A stretch of DNA of 64,000 nt from Deltaproteobacteria bacterium (GTDB lineage Bacteria; Desulfobacterota; Binatia; Binatales; Binataceae), in contig PNBD01000044.1 in NCBI GenBank assembly GCA_003135855.1, positions 10,905 through 74,904 on the forward strand, written 5' to 3'. The position numbers and the translations under genes were made by a program. The notes beneath the pieces were generated by a model that was not told the DNA's origin, did not search any database, and saw only the letters and a list, made by a program, of their open reading frames with translations. This document shows, in pieces, positions 38,626 through 47,486 of this stretch (position 1 is the first letter of the stretch; each line of letters opens with the position of its first letter).

Positions 38626-38653
38626 ACGGGGAGGCCCTGAGCGGCCTCTCCGT
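38626..38653. terminator. Hairpin between convergent genes
   Basis: ACGGGGAGGCC-ctgagc-GGCCTCTCCGT. Confidence 0.55.
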
Positions 38654-38682
38654 TACCCCAATCAACTACACATATCCGCTCG

Positions 38683-39126
38683 TCACAGTTCCGCCTTGAA
38701 TATGACGCGATCGGCGCCCGCGTAGGACAGCCGCTTCGGCGCGACGACGATCATCCTCAGCGTTGGATATTTGAAGAACGGCGCTTCGAACGGGTCCTTT
38801 TTCAGGAACACCGCTTTCAGCCGCTCCCATTCGGCGCTGTCGCGCGGGACCTCGCGGGCGACGCCCTGGATCACGACGCGCGAAATCTCGAAGGTCTCGA
38901 CCTTGCCCTTCTCACGCGCGTCGACATAAGCCGTGACGTGCGGATTCTTGAGCGCGTTCTGAAATTTATCCGCAGTGTCGTTCATGATGAAGATCAGCTC
39001 GAGCTCGGGCGTCTCCGCGAACGCCTGCATGGTCGCGGTCGGCCACGGATCGCCCTGGGTCACGATGATTGCCACTTGCTCTTCGGCCAACAACGCGGCA
39101 ACTCTTTCTCTCTGTGCAGCTTCCAA
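38683..39126 (-). CDS. Pyridoxamine 5'-phosphate oxidase family (split-barrel) protein
   Basis: P.ATMQAFA, KFQNALKNPHV, VVIQGVARE pattern. Confidence 0.72.
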   Translation of the reverse strand: MEAAQRERVAALLAEEQVAIIVTQGDPWPTATMQAFAETPELELIFIMNDTADKFQNALKNPHVTAYVDAREKGKVETFEISRVVIQGVAREVPRDSAEWERLKAVFLKKDPFEAPFFKYPTLRMIVVAPKRLSYAGADRVIFKAEL

Positions 39127-39277
39127 GTGGGATCCCTCGGCGATTCGAATCGCGCCGGTTAGCGAAAATGAGTTTAGTCATTGCCGCGCGCCATGGAAGC
39201 GGGGCCCCGAACCAATTTCTTGCGATGCCAGCTCCGATCCGTAATGTTGACGGACTCGTAAATAAGTAGGGCCTACG

Positions 39278-39682
39278 ATGAAACACGACAGCCGGGGTCT
39301 CGCAGTCACCACCGATTCCGACTCGGTGATCCGAGCGATCGATCACTACGCGCACGAACTCGTCTCGCTGGGCTCCAACTCCGCGCTGGTGAGGTACGCG
39401 GCTGACGCGAATCCCGGCTGCGCGATGCTGCAGGCGTACGCGGCCTCGATGTTTCTTTATTCGCAAACCACCGCCGACGCGAAGAAAGCCGCGCCCTATC
39501 TTGCGCGCGCACGCGAGCGCCTCGGCGATCTGACTGAACGCGAGCAGGTCTTCATTCGTGCTGTGGATGCAGGATGCGCCGGCGACTTCGAATCGGCGCT
39601 GAAACACTACGAAACAATCGCCGACCGCTGGCCGCGCGATATGGTGGCCGCGAAAATTGCGGACTTTCACTTTTTCGTCTGA
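39278..39682 (+). pseudogene. Truncated TPR protein (TTC38-like N-terminus)
   Basis: DSRGL.VTT.S, A.P.CAM, TEREQ, WPRD..AAK motifs, then abrupt stop at 134 aa with no continuation in other frames. Confidence 0.6.
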
Positions 39683-39789
39683 CGTTCAGCAATTGCGAGC
39701 CTGAGATGGAATTTTCGCCAGCGCCGCCGGCACGCATACAGAACGCTGCTAGCTGGCCACGGTTCTCAAAGGCGTTGGGCAACGTTCAA

Positions 39790-41421
39790 TTGATCCGCAT
39801 AGTTCGAAAATCGAGAACGGCCGCGCTCGCGCTGTTATGGATTGTTTGGCTCGTGCCGCCAGTCGCGGCGGCCCCGACTCGATCGCCGACGCCAGCGGTT
39901 ATTTCATCTGAAGATCTGGCCTCCGACACGTTAAATCGCCTTGCGGTGCGGCGATTCGGGGCGCTCAGCGCCGCCGAACTGAAACTCGTACGCGCCGCGT
40001 CGCATCGCGAACTCCCGTGGCTTGGACCGAGCGACGATCCCGACGCGCCCGCCAATGACGTTGCGCATGGCGAGCAATGGGGACCCGAGCGCACCGTTCG
40101 CGCCGAGATCATTCGGTGGCTGATTGCCGATGCGGAAGCGTCGCGATTGGTCCACTCGAGCGGGCTTGCGATGGGCGGCGCGCGAATTGCCGGCGCACTC
40201 GATCTCTCCTACACCAACTTCGATAAGCCGATCACGATTCTCAGCTGCTACGAGCCCGACAAGATCGATCTGCGGTCGGCTCATCTGGTGGAATTTATCG
40301 TGCGCCGTTCCAATACCGGACCGGTACCGGCAGATTCGTTGAACATTGCGGGCGACCTCTCTTTTATCATGGGCAAGTATGGCTCGATGAGTTTCTTTCG
40401 CGCCCGCATTCACGGGAACTTCGATCTTACCGGCGCGCGCGTCATGGAGTCGGGCCAGGACACGGTTAACCTGGTCGAAGCGACGGTCGGTGGCGATGCC
40501 GTCTTTCAGGACGGATTCACCACCGACGGGACGGTCGATGTGAGGCTGGCAAAAATCGGCCACGATCTCAGTTTTCACGGCGTCGCTTTTACCGGCGCCG
40601 GCGACAACGGTCTCAACGCCGAGCGGGTAATTTTCGACGGCACCTTTTACTGGACTGATATTCAGCACACAAAAAAAACCGTGCTCGATCTCGAAGACGC
40701 GCACGCGGGCGCGATTTGGGACGACGAAGCAAGCTGGCCGGCGCCGGGTAATCTGGTGGTCAGCGGCTTCGTTTACAATGAAATCGCGGGCGGTCCGAGC
40801 GAGGCCGCGGATCGTTTGCGATGGCTCGGCTTGCAATCGCCCGGCTATCGCCCTCAGCCATATCGGCAACTGGCCAAGGTGTTGACCGACAACGGCCGCG
40901 AGAACGGCGCGACCGAAGTGCGGATCGCGAAGGAAATCGCGCTCAGGCATTTCGGTCATCTGAGCCCGCTGCAACGCGCATGGAGCATCCTGCTCCAGGT
41001 CACGATCGGGTTCGGTTACCGGCCGCTGCGGGCGCTCTGGTGGATTGGCGGCTTTGTGATTTTGGGCACGGTGCTGTTCGGCTGGGGTTATCGCTCAGGG
41101 CTGATCACGCCGACCGACGAACGCGCCTACCAGGCATTCGTCAAGACCGCCGAGGCGCCGCCGCACTATCCCTCGTTCAATCCGTTCGTGTATTCGCTGG
41201 AAAATTTCCTGCCGGTGGTGGTGCTCTATCAGGATCAATACTGGCGGCCGAATGCTCGCCACAATATTCGCGGACGCGTGCGGCGCGCCACTGATCCGCT
41301 CGATGCGGATTCGATACCGAGCCGATTGCTCAGGGCGTATCTTTGGTTGCACATTCTCGCCGGATGGATGATCACGCCGCTGCTATTTGCGGGCCTGTCC
41401 GGCCTGGTCCGCCCCGACTAA
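39790..41421 (+). CDS. Beta-helix-repeat membrane protein ('membrane-associated oxidoreductase'-like hypothetical)
   Basis: GARIAGALDL, repeated A.I.G.L.L/F units, YRPQPYRQLA, GFGYRPLRA, FNPFVYSL, C-terminal TMs; start uncertain (39706 or 39790). Confidence 0.75.
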   Translation: MIRIVRKSRTAALALLWIVWLVPPVAAAPTRSPTPAVISSEDLASDTLNRLAVRRFGALSAAELKLVRAASHRELPWLGPSDDPDAPANDVAHGEQWGPERTVRAEIIRWLIADAEASRLVHSSGLAMGGARIAGALDLSYTNFDKPITILSCYEPDKIDLRSAHLVEFIVRRSNTGPVPADSLNIAGDLSFIMGKYGSMSFFRARIHGNFDLTGARVMESGQDTVNLVEATVGGDAVFQDGFTTDGTVDVRLAKIGHDLSFHGVAFTGAGDNGLNAERVIFDGTFYWTDIQHTKKTVLDLEDAHAGAIWDDEASWPAPGNLVVSGFVYNEIAGGPSEAADRLRWLGLQSPGYRPQPYRQLAKVLTDNGRENGATEVRIAKEIALRHFGHLSPLQRAWSILLQVTIGFGYRPLRALWWIGGFVILGTVLFGWGYRSGLITPTDERAYQAFVKTAEAPPHYPSFNPFVYSLENFLPVVVLYQDQYWRPNARHNIRGRVRRATDPLDADSIPSRLLRAYLWLHILAGWMITPLLFAGLSGLVRPD

Positions 41422-41494
41422 GATGGCGCTTCAGTTCAGACAAGCGACTATCGGCGAACAGCCATAGCAGTCGATAGCTGTTCTTACGATCCAG

Positions 41495-42958
41495 CTAGTA
41501 AGCTCCCATGTTGGTGCTACCAGTGGTAAGCCCCGGCAGACCTGCTCCGATACATGGGCTGCCGCTCAGCAGATGGAAATCGTCGGCCGCCGCGTTGACA
41601 TAGAGCGGATCGACGCCGTCGAGATCGTGCGGTCCTTTCGGACCACCAACCGGACCACGGCTGGCGCCATCGTCGTTGTAGTCCCAGGTCGGAGTCGTGC
41701 AGTTGTGGCCGTCGTAGTAGGTGCTCGTGGTATCGAGAATGTTATTGCGCACGTCGAAGGTGACGTTTCCGCAGGAAGGATCTCCACCGGTCACCACCGC
41801 GGACTGGGTGCCCAGGTAAGCGGTGTTGTTGTACACCCGACAGGTCGAAGATACGTTGGTACCAAAGCCGCCCCATTCACACTCGAACCCGTTGGGAGCG
41901 TTGTACACAACGTTCTGCTGCCAAGTGATATCGCCTGCCGGTATTTGCGGATTCTCGAAGTAGAATGCCGAGCCTTGCGAAGATCCGGCTCCATTGACGG
42001 TGTTACCCTTTACCAGCGCCCCGACTGACGACTTTACGTCGATACAATTGTGAAGCCATCCCGAGCAATAGTTCCCTTGTATAAGTGGCGCGCCAGTGTC
42101 CTTGTGCACCTGAATGCAGTTGTGGCCGCCGCAGGCTGTTACCGAGTTGTTGAGAAACTGTACGCCGTCGGCCGCTGCGTTTTCGTCGAGAAACATAAGC
42201 TGGTTGCTATAAGTGCCGTCGTCGGTGGTCGGGCCGGTATCGTGGATGTTCATATTCTGGACGACAATACCGGGCATACCGAAGCTGCCGCCGGCATTCT
42301 GGTAAAACAGGACACCATAGTGTGAGGTATTGCGGCACTCGAAACCATCAATCGTGATGTAAGACCACAGCGGGCTACTACCGCCGCCGGTTGCTCTCGC
42401 ATAGAAGCACGCAGTCGCGCCGCCTGACCTTCCGCCGCCGTCTATCACAGGGAGGGCGCCGGTGCCGTAATTGCCAATCACAATGGGATTGCCCGCAGCG
42501 CCGTTGACGTGGGTCGGCATCGTGATTCCACCGCTCCAAGTGCCACCACGTTCGAAGAGAAGGGCAGTTCCCGCCGTGGCACCTGCAAGCAGGTTCTGGG
42601 CTTTCGCGAGGCTCCAACAAGGTGCGCTTTGCGTACATGGGCTTGAGTCAGATCCAGAAGGTGAAAAGTAGTAGGTGGTCGCCGGTCCCGGCGTACCGGT
42701 TGCAGTAGGCGTTGGCGTGGTCGTCGGTGTGGGACTTGGAGCAGCCGTTGGAGTAGGTGACGGTGTCGTCGTCGGTGTGGGACTCGGACTAGCAGTTCGA
42801 GTAGGTGTTGGCGTACGTGTGGGAGTAGGAGGCTTACCTTTGTTGGGTTTGGATGACGGGACAGCGCCAGCAGTGCCGCTGAGCGCGAGCAGCATCGCTC
42901 CGAGGAGTACACCGATGACGCGCGCGTCGAAGTGGCCGATCTTGTACCTGTGTCGCAT
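41495..42958 (-). CDS. Secreted right-handed beta-helix protein with Pro/Thr linker
   Basis: Signal peptide, (PT)n linker, YYFSPSGSD..PCT..APC, PbH1-like repeats, C-terminal DP.YVN....DFHL..GSPCI.AG...NMGAY. Confidence 0.82.
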   Translation of the reverse strand: MRHRYKIGHFDARVIGVLLGAMLLALSGTAGAVPSSKPNKGKPPTPTRTPTPTRTASPSPTPTTTPSPTPTAAPSPTPTTTPTPTATGTPGPATTYYFSPSGSDSSPCTQSAPCWSLAKAQNLLAGATAGTALLFERGGTWSGGITMPTHVNGAAGNPIVIGNYGTGALPVIDGGGRSGGATACFYARATGGGSSPLWSYITIDGFECRNTSHYGVLFYQNAGGSFGMPGIVVQNMNIHDTGPTTDDGTYSNQLMFLDENAAADGVQFLNNSVTACGGHNCIQVHKDTGAPLIQGNYCSGWLHNCIDVKSSVGALVKGNTVNGAGSSQGSAFYFENPQIPAGDITWQQNVVYNAPNGFECEWGGFGTNVSSTCRVYNNTAYLGTQSAVVTGGDPSCGNVTFDVRNNILDTTSTYYDGHNCTTPTWDYNDDGASRGPVGGPKGPHDLDGVDPLYVNAAADDFHLLSGSPCIGAGLPGLTTGSTNMGAY

Positions 42959-43192
42959 TTAACTAGCCTTCTCTCAAATCGGCTTCGAAGAGCCTCTTAC
43001 ATAGCGCCAGAAGCTAGTCGCAGACTTAATAGTTTTCAACTTTTAATGGTCGGAATTAGGCAACTTCGAGCTATGCTAGGCAAAATAATTTGCATTTTTT
43101 ACAAAACTGGAGATCGACGCTATCCGCAGCTACTCCAGTATTCCACCGACTCCTGACGAACCGTGTGCGCGGCACCTGATATGCTCTAAGGC

Positions 43193-43975
43193 GTGAACCA
43201 GCAGCCACAGATGAGCACGCTCATCATCATAGTTTGCGCGCTCATGCTCGGCGTGGTTGCGGTTGCGCGAACGCCGGCATCCGCGCTGGCGCAGTCGACG
43301 CTCGAAGTCCCGCAGCCGACGCAGCAGAATCAGCCGTACATCCAGCCATCGCCACCGATATTTGTGCTGCCCGCGCCGCGCGAAGGCGAGCCTATACAAT
43401 TGTTGCCGCCGCAATGGTTCGTGGCTCAACCGACGCCGGTTCCGCCGCCGCCGGTCACGCGTCCGATTCCAGTCGAACCGCCGCCGCCGAGGATAACCGC
43501 GCCACTGACTGCGCAAGGACCGGCCCTGCCCGCAGTGTTCCGCGGATGCTGGCAAGGCGTGGTCGGCAATGTCGATTGGATTCGTCGCGAACCGGGCGCG
43601 CATAAACTTGGCTACTGGACGCCCAAGACCTATCGCATCTGCTACAAGCGCGTCGGGAGTGAGCCGTTCAAGATGACCTTCACCGAAACCGGCATCGCGC
43701 CCAACGATCAGCTGTTCAACGTGCGCGGCAGCGTGGCGCCGCTGACGACCGACGGCCGCAATTTCGCAACGATGCGCGCGAAGTTGCACTTCGACGAGTA
43801 CAGCGTCGGGCGTTACGCGACCGCGCCGACTTTCGCGGTCGATGAGGTGACGCATCTCGACTGCAAAATCAGCGGCGAGTTGATGACCGTCAGCGCCGAG
43901 GTGTACGGCACGCGCGATGGCGACCCGTGGTTCCGCGCACATTGGCGCGCCGACTTCCGTCATTTCCGCGAGTAG
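43193..43975 (+). CDS. Exported Pro-rich hypothetical protein
   Basis: Signal peptide (ALA-Q), Pro-rich linker, beta-rich C-terminal domain; typical codon bias. Confidence 0.72.
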   Translation: MNQQPQMSTLIIIVCALMLGVVAVARTPASALAQSTLEVPQPTQQNQPYIQPSPPIFVLPAPREGEPIQLLPPQWFVAQPTPVPPPPVTRPIPVEPPPPRITAPLTAQGPALPAVFRGCWQGVVGNVDWIRREPGAHKLGYWTPKTYRICYKRVGSEPFKMTFTETGIAPNDQLFNVRGSVAPLTTDGRNFATMRAKLHFDEYSVGRYATAPTFAVDEVTHLDCKISGELMTVSAEVYGTRDGDPWFRAHWRADFRHFRE

Positions 43976-44063
43976 CGCGATTCGCGCTTGCTATCGACGG
44001 TGAGACGGGCCTAGGGTTTTTGAGTGACGCCGCAGATCGGCGAATGCCGCGAAGGAGACCCGC

Positions 44064-45008
44064 ATGGCCACTGCCCTCGACCCTCAGACGAAACAATTCC
44101 TCGAGCTCGCCAACGCGGCCGGTCCGATGTTTCTGCGCGCCGAAACTCCCGAGCAGGCGCGCGCGAAGATGCAAGCGCTGCTCGCGGCCAGTCCACTTCC
44201 ACCGGCGACGATCTATCGCGTCGAGGATCGGCACATACCGGGACCAGCGGGGCAGCTACCCGTGCGCGTCTACACTCCCGAGGCGCAGCCGCCGATGGGC
44301 GTGTTGGTGTACTACCACGGCGGCGGCTGGGTGCTAGGCGATCTCGAGAGTCATGACAACGTTTGTCGGGCGCTCGCGAACGGAGCGGGATGCGTGGTCG
44401 TGTCGGTCGATTACCGGCTTGCCCCGGAGCATAAATTTCCGGCCGCGCCGGAGGATTGCTACGCGGCGACCAAGTGGGTTGCCGAAAATGCGCAATCGCT
44501 CGGCGGCGATCCGTCACGCATCGCAGTCGGCGGCGACAGTGCGGGCGGAAACCTCGCCGCGGCGGTAGCGATGATGGCGCGCGATCGCTCCGGCCCGGCG
44601 ATTCGATTCCAGTTACTGTTCTATCCGGTCACCGATTGCGCGCTGGATACGCCCTCGCAGAAGGAGTTCGCGGCGGACGGGTACGTGCTCTCGCGCGGCG
44701 ACATGGAATGGTTCTGGAATCACTATCTGGAAGCGGGCGCCGATCGACAAAATCCTTACGCGTGTCCGCTGCGCGGGAAAAATCTTGCGAACCTGCCGCC
44801 GGCGTTGATTCTGACCGCAAGCCACGACCCGCTGCGCGACGAAGGCGAGCGATTTGCCGAACGCCTGATGACGAGCGGAACCAAGGTGAGCTGCACGCGC
44901 TACGACGGCGTGGTGCACGGATTTATCAGTTTCGCGGATGCGCTCGACCAGGGAAAAAAGGGCCTCGAGCAGGCGGCGGAGGCATTGCGGAAAGCGTTCG
45001 CGGGCTAA
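44064..45008 (+). CDS. Alpha/beta hydrolase, HSL family esterase
   Basis: HGGGW, DYRLAPEH.FPAA, GDSAGG, DPLRDEG, HGF. Confidence 0.95.
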   Translation: MATALDPQTKQFLELANAAGPMFLRAETPEQARAKMQALLAASPLPPATIYRVEDRHIPGPAGQLPVRVYTPEAQPPMGVLVYYHGGGWVLGDLESHDNVCRALANGAGCVVVSVDYRLAPEHKFPAAPEDCYAATKWVAENAQSLGGDPSRIAVGGDSAGGNLAAAVAMMARDRSGPAIRFQLLFYPVTDCALDTPSQKEFAADGYVLSRGDMEWFWNHYLEAGADRQNPYACPLRGKNLANLPPALILTASHDPLRDEGERFAERLMTSGTKVSCTRYDGVVHGFISFADALDQGKKGLEQAAEALRKAFAG

Positions 45009-45066
45009 TCGCGGCACTGTCGCGACGACTTATGCGACCGGTCAGCGTGCAGTATATTCTGCCGCT

Positions 45067-45936
45067 ATGGCGAACCCCGTTCCGCGCCACGAGAATGACG
45101 ACGGCCCGTTCATCCGGCCTCGTCCCGGTCCGCTCGACGACCTCTATCATCATCTGCTGACGGCCTCGTGGCCGGCACTGATCGCAATCATCGCGGGAGC
45201 TTTCGTTGTCGCGAATCTCTTGTTCGCGACGGGCTACTACCTTGACGGCGGGATCGAGAACGCTCGATCCGGTTCGTTCCTCGACATGTTTTTTTTCAGT
45301 GTGCAGACGATGGCGACGATCGGCTACGGCAAAATGGAGCCGGCCTCGCTGATCAGCAACGTCCTGGTTTCGATCGAGGCGCTTTGCGGGCTGCTGGGGC
45401 TGGCGGTGGTTACCGGACTGGTCTTCTCGAAATTTTCCCGACCGACAGCGCGCGTCAGATTCAGCCGCTACGCGATTGTGGCGCCGCGTGACGGCGTGCC
45501 GAGCCTGATGTTCCGGATGGCCAACTTGCGCGCCAACCGGATCGTCGAGGGCGAAATCCACGTGGTGCTCGCGCGCCAGGAAGAGACCCTCGAGGGCGAC
45601 TCGGTGCGGCGCTTTTACGACCTGACCATGTCGCGTTCGCGAAGCTCGCTGTTCATGTTGACCTGGACCGCGATTCATCCGCTCGTCGAGAACAGTCCGC
45701 TGCACGGACAGACTCGCGAATCGCTGGCGCGCTGCGATGGCGAGATAATCGTCTCATTGACCGGCCTCGACGAGACCTTCTCGCAAACCGTCCATGCGCG
45801 GCATACGTATGGCTTCTACGATATCCAATGGGGTGTGAGATTTGTCGATGTCATGAAGAGGCAGCCCGACGGCCAAATTGTGATCGATTACACCCACTTC
45901 GACGACATCGAACCGCTGCTGCCGGCGAAACAGTAA
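45067..45936 (+). CDS. Inward-rectifier potassium channel (KirBac)
   Basis: DLYH.LL..SW, FFSVQTMATIGYG filter, KFSRP.ARV.FS, HP..E.SPL.G. Confidence 0.93.
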   Translation: MANPVPRHENDDGPFIRPRPGPLDDLYHHLLTASWPALIAIIAGAFVVANLLFATGYYLDGGIENARSGSFLDMFFFSVQTMATIGYGKMEPASLISNVLVSIEALCGLLGLAVVTGLVFSKFSRPTARVRFSRYAIVAPRDGVPSLMFRMANLRANRIVEGEIHVVLARQEETLEGDSVRRFYDLTMSRSRSSLFMLTWTAIHPLVENSPLHGQTRESLARCDGEIIVSLTGLDETFSQTVHARHTYGFYDIQWGVRFVDVMKRQPDGQIVIDYTHFDDIEPLLPAKQ

Positions 45937-45956
45937 ATTCATCGCAAATCGCGCCT

Positions 45957-45999
45957 TAGCCCTCCTTAGCTATTCAGACAGCCCTTGAAATCTGGGCAT
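45957..45999 (+). repeat. 43-bp direct repeat, copy 1
   Basis: TAGCCCTCCTTAGCTATTCAGACAGCCCTTGAAATCTGGGCAT; 40/43 identical to 47487-47529. Confidence 0.95.
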
Positions 46000-46069
46000 C
46001 ACGATTGGCTACGCGACCGCGAAGTTCGTTCCATGGGAAAACCTGTATATTTCCAATTAAAATATTTGC

Positions 46070-46098
46070 TTGAAAACTTTAATCAAAGTAAGTACATT
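46070..46098 (+). promoter_or_regulatory. Sigma70 promoter for a probably leaderless fic transcript
   Basis: TTGAAA-N17-TACATT, then 7 nt to ATG 46106; no SD; TTTAAT...ATTAAA inverted repeat overlaps it. Confidence 0.55.
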
Positions 46099-46105
46099 AA
46101 AATCT

Positions 46106-47263
46106 ATGGACGCACGGGAATTCACGAAAGAAATGACAGGACAATTGGTGCGGATTCCAAACGGGCCACCCGATATTCAAATTGGCTTTGTTCCTAATCC
46201 GTTGCCTCCGAAATGGAGCTGGCCCGAACGATTGTGGTCTTCGCTGGTCGCGGCGCGATCTGCTCTCGCCAGTCTTGATGGCGTCGGGAAGCACCTCCCG
46301 AATCCAGAAATTCTTATTTGGCCGCTTCAGCGCAGAGAAGCGCAGCTTTCATCGCAACTTGAAGGAACGATTACGAATCCGCAGCAGCAGGTGCTGTTCG
46401 AGGCTGATCCGAAATACCCAATATCGCCATCCGATCCAGCCAACGCCTATCGAGAGGTTTTCAATTACAGAGAGGCATTGCGGCTGAGACTCGATGGCAG
46501 AAATCAGTTGCCGTTATCTCTCCGATTGATGCGCGATCTACATACGGTGCTGATGGACGGCGTTAGAGGCTCGAATCAGCAACCTGGCCAATTCAGAACC
46601 ATACAGAATCAAATCGGCAGACCGGCGCGATTCGTGCCTCCTCCGCCCTCACACTTACCCGAAGCTCTCGATGAACTGGAGAAATATCTTCATGTCAAAG
46701 ATTCTCCTTTTGATCCATTGGTCAGGGCTTTTCTCGTTCATTACCAGTTCGAGACCATTCATCCTTTCTGCGATGGCAATGGACGAGTTGGCAGACTTCT
46801 TCTGTCGGTTATGATCGCGGAGTGGTGCGGTCTTTCGAGTCAGTGGCTATACATGAGTCCGTTTTTCGAGAAAAACAGAAACAATTATATGGATTTGCTT
46901 AAGGGCGTCAGCACGCATGGAGCCTGGGACCTGTGGATCGAGTTCTGTTTAGATGGCGTAATTTCCCAAGCCAAAGACACGGAAAAGCGTTGCGATAGAT
47001 TGCTGCAACTACATCGGGATTTTCACAGTCGCCTAAAGGGAGGGAGCGTTCGATTGTCGCAGCTAGTTGATAACTTGTTTCAGAACCCGGTAATCACCGT
47101 ATCGAGGTATTCCAAACAATTCGTAGTTTCATATCCGACTGCGCGATCCGACCTCAAAAAACTTCACCAGTTGGGAATCGTGCAACCGCTGGATAGCGTT
47201 GATGTTATTACCTACTACTGTCCTAGCATTTATATGGTTACTTACGAGGACGTATCTGAGTAG
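46106..47263 (+). CDS. Fic family protein (class II AMPylase with Fic_N and C-terminal HTH)
   Basis: Canonical HPFCDGNGRVGR; N-terminal inhibitory motif SSQLEG; C-terminal VSYPTARSDL..L...GI. Confidence 0.93.
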   Translation: MDAREFTKEMTGQLVRIPNGPPDIQIGFVPNPLPPKWSWPERLWSSLVAARSALASLDGVGKHLPNPEILIWPLQRREAQLSSQLEGTITNPQQQVLFEADPKYPISPSDPANAYREVFNYREALRLRLDGRNQLPLSLRLMRDLHTVLMDGVRGSNQQPGQFRTIQNQIGRPARFVPPPPSHLPEALDELEKYLHVKDSPFDPLVRAFLVHYQFETIHPFCDGNGRVGRLLLSVMIAEWCGLSSQWLYMSPFFEKNRNNYMDLLKGVSTHGAWDLWIEFCLDGVISQAKDTEKRCDRLLQLHRDFHSRLKGGSVRLSQLVDNLFQNPVITVSRYSKQFVVSYPTARSDLKKLHQLGIVQPLDSVDVITYYCPSIYMVTYEDVSE

Positions 47264-47283
47264 CGAGAACGGACGCGCGTCTA

Positions 47284-47472
47284 TCACCGATTCCAGCGCG
47301 CTTCTGCAGCTTTCTTCGCAATTGCCTTGCGTTTGCGCGGACTCAACTTTGCGACGCGCGCCTTCCCGCCCTTTGACGCTCCGAGCGCGGAAAGCGCCTG
47401 CGCATGGGGGTTCTTGCCCTCTGCGGGCTTTAGGACTTCGCCGATTGCCGTTTCGCTATCTCGTAGTTTCAA
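47284..47472 (-). CDS. Small basic protein of the 'KGGKARA.KL...R..IA.KAA.ARW' family, possibly 5'-truncated
   Basis: KNPHAQALSALGASKGGKARVAKLSPRKRKAIAKKAAEARW; weak TTG start. Confidence 0.6.
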   Translation of the reverse strand: MKLRDSETAIGEVLKPAEGKNPHAQALSALGASKGGKARVAKLSPRKRKAIAKKAAEARWNR

Positions 47473-47486
47473 AACCGCTCACTACC

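Noticed and set aside
39670-39700. TGA readthrough, selenocysteine or frameshift joining the TPR fragment to the downstream ORF
   Set aside because: No TPR-like continuation in any frame and no SECIS-like hairpin; the downstream ORF has its own signal-like N-terminus
42690-42835. Tandem DNA repeats
   Set aside because: They simply encode the Pro/Thr linker of the beta-helix protein
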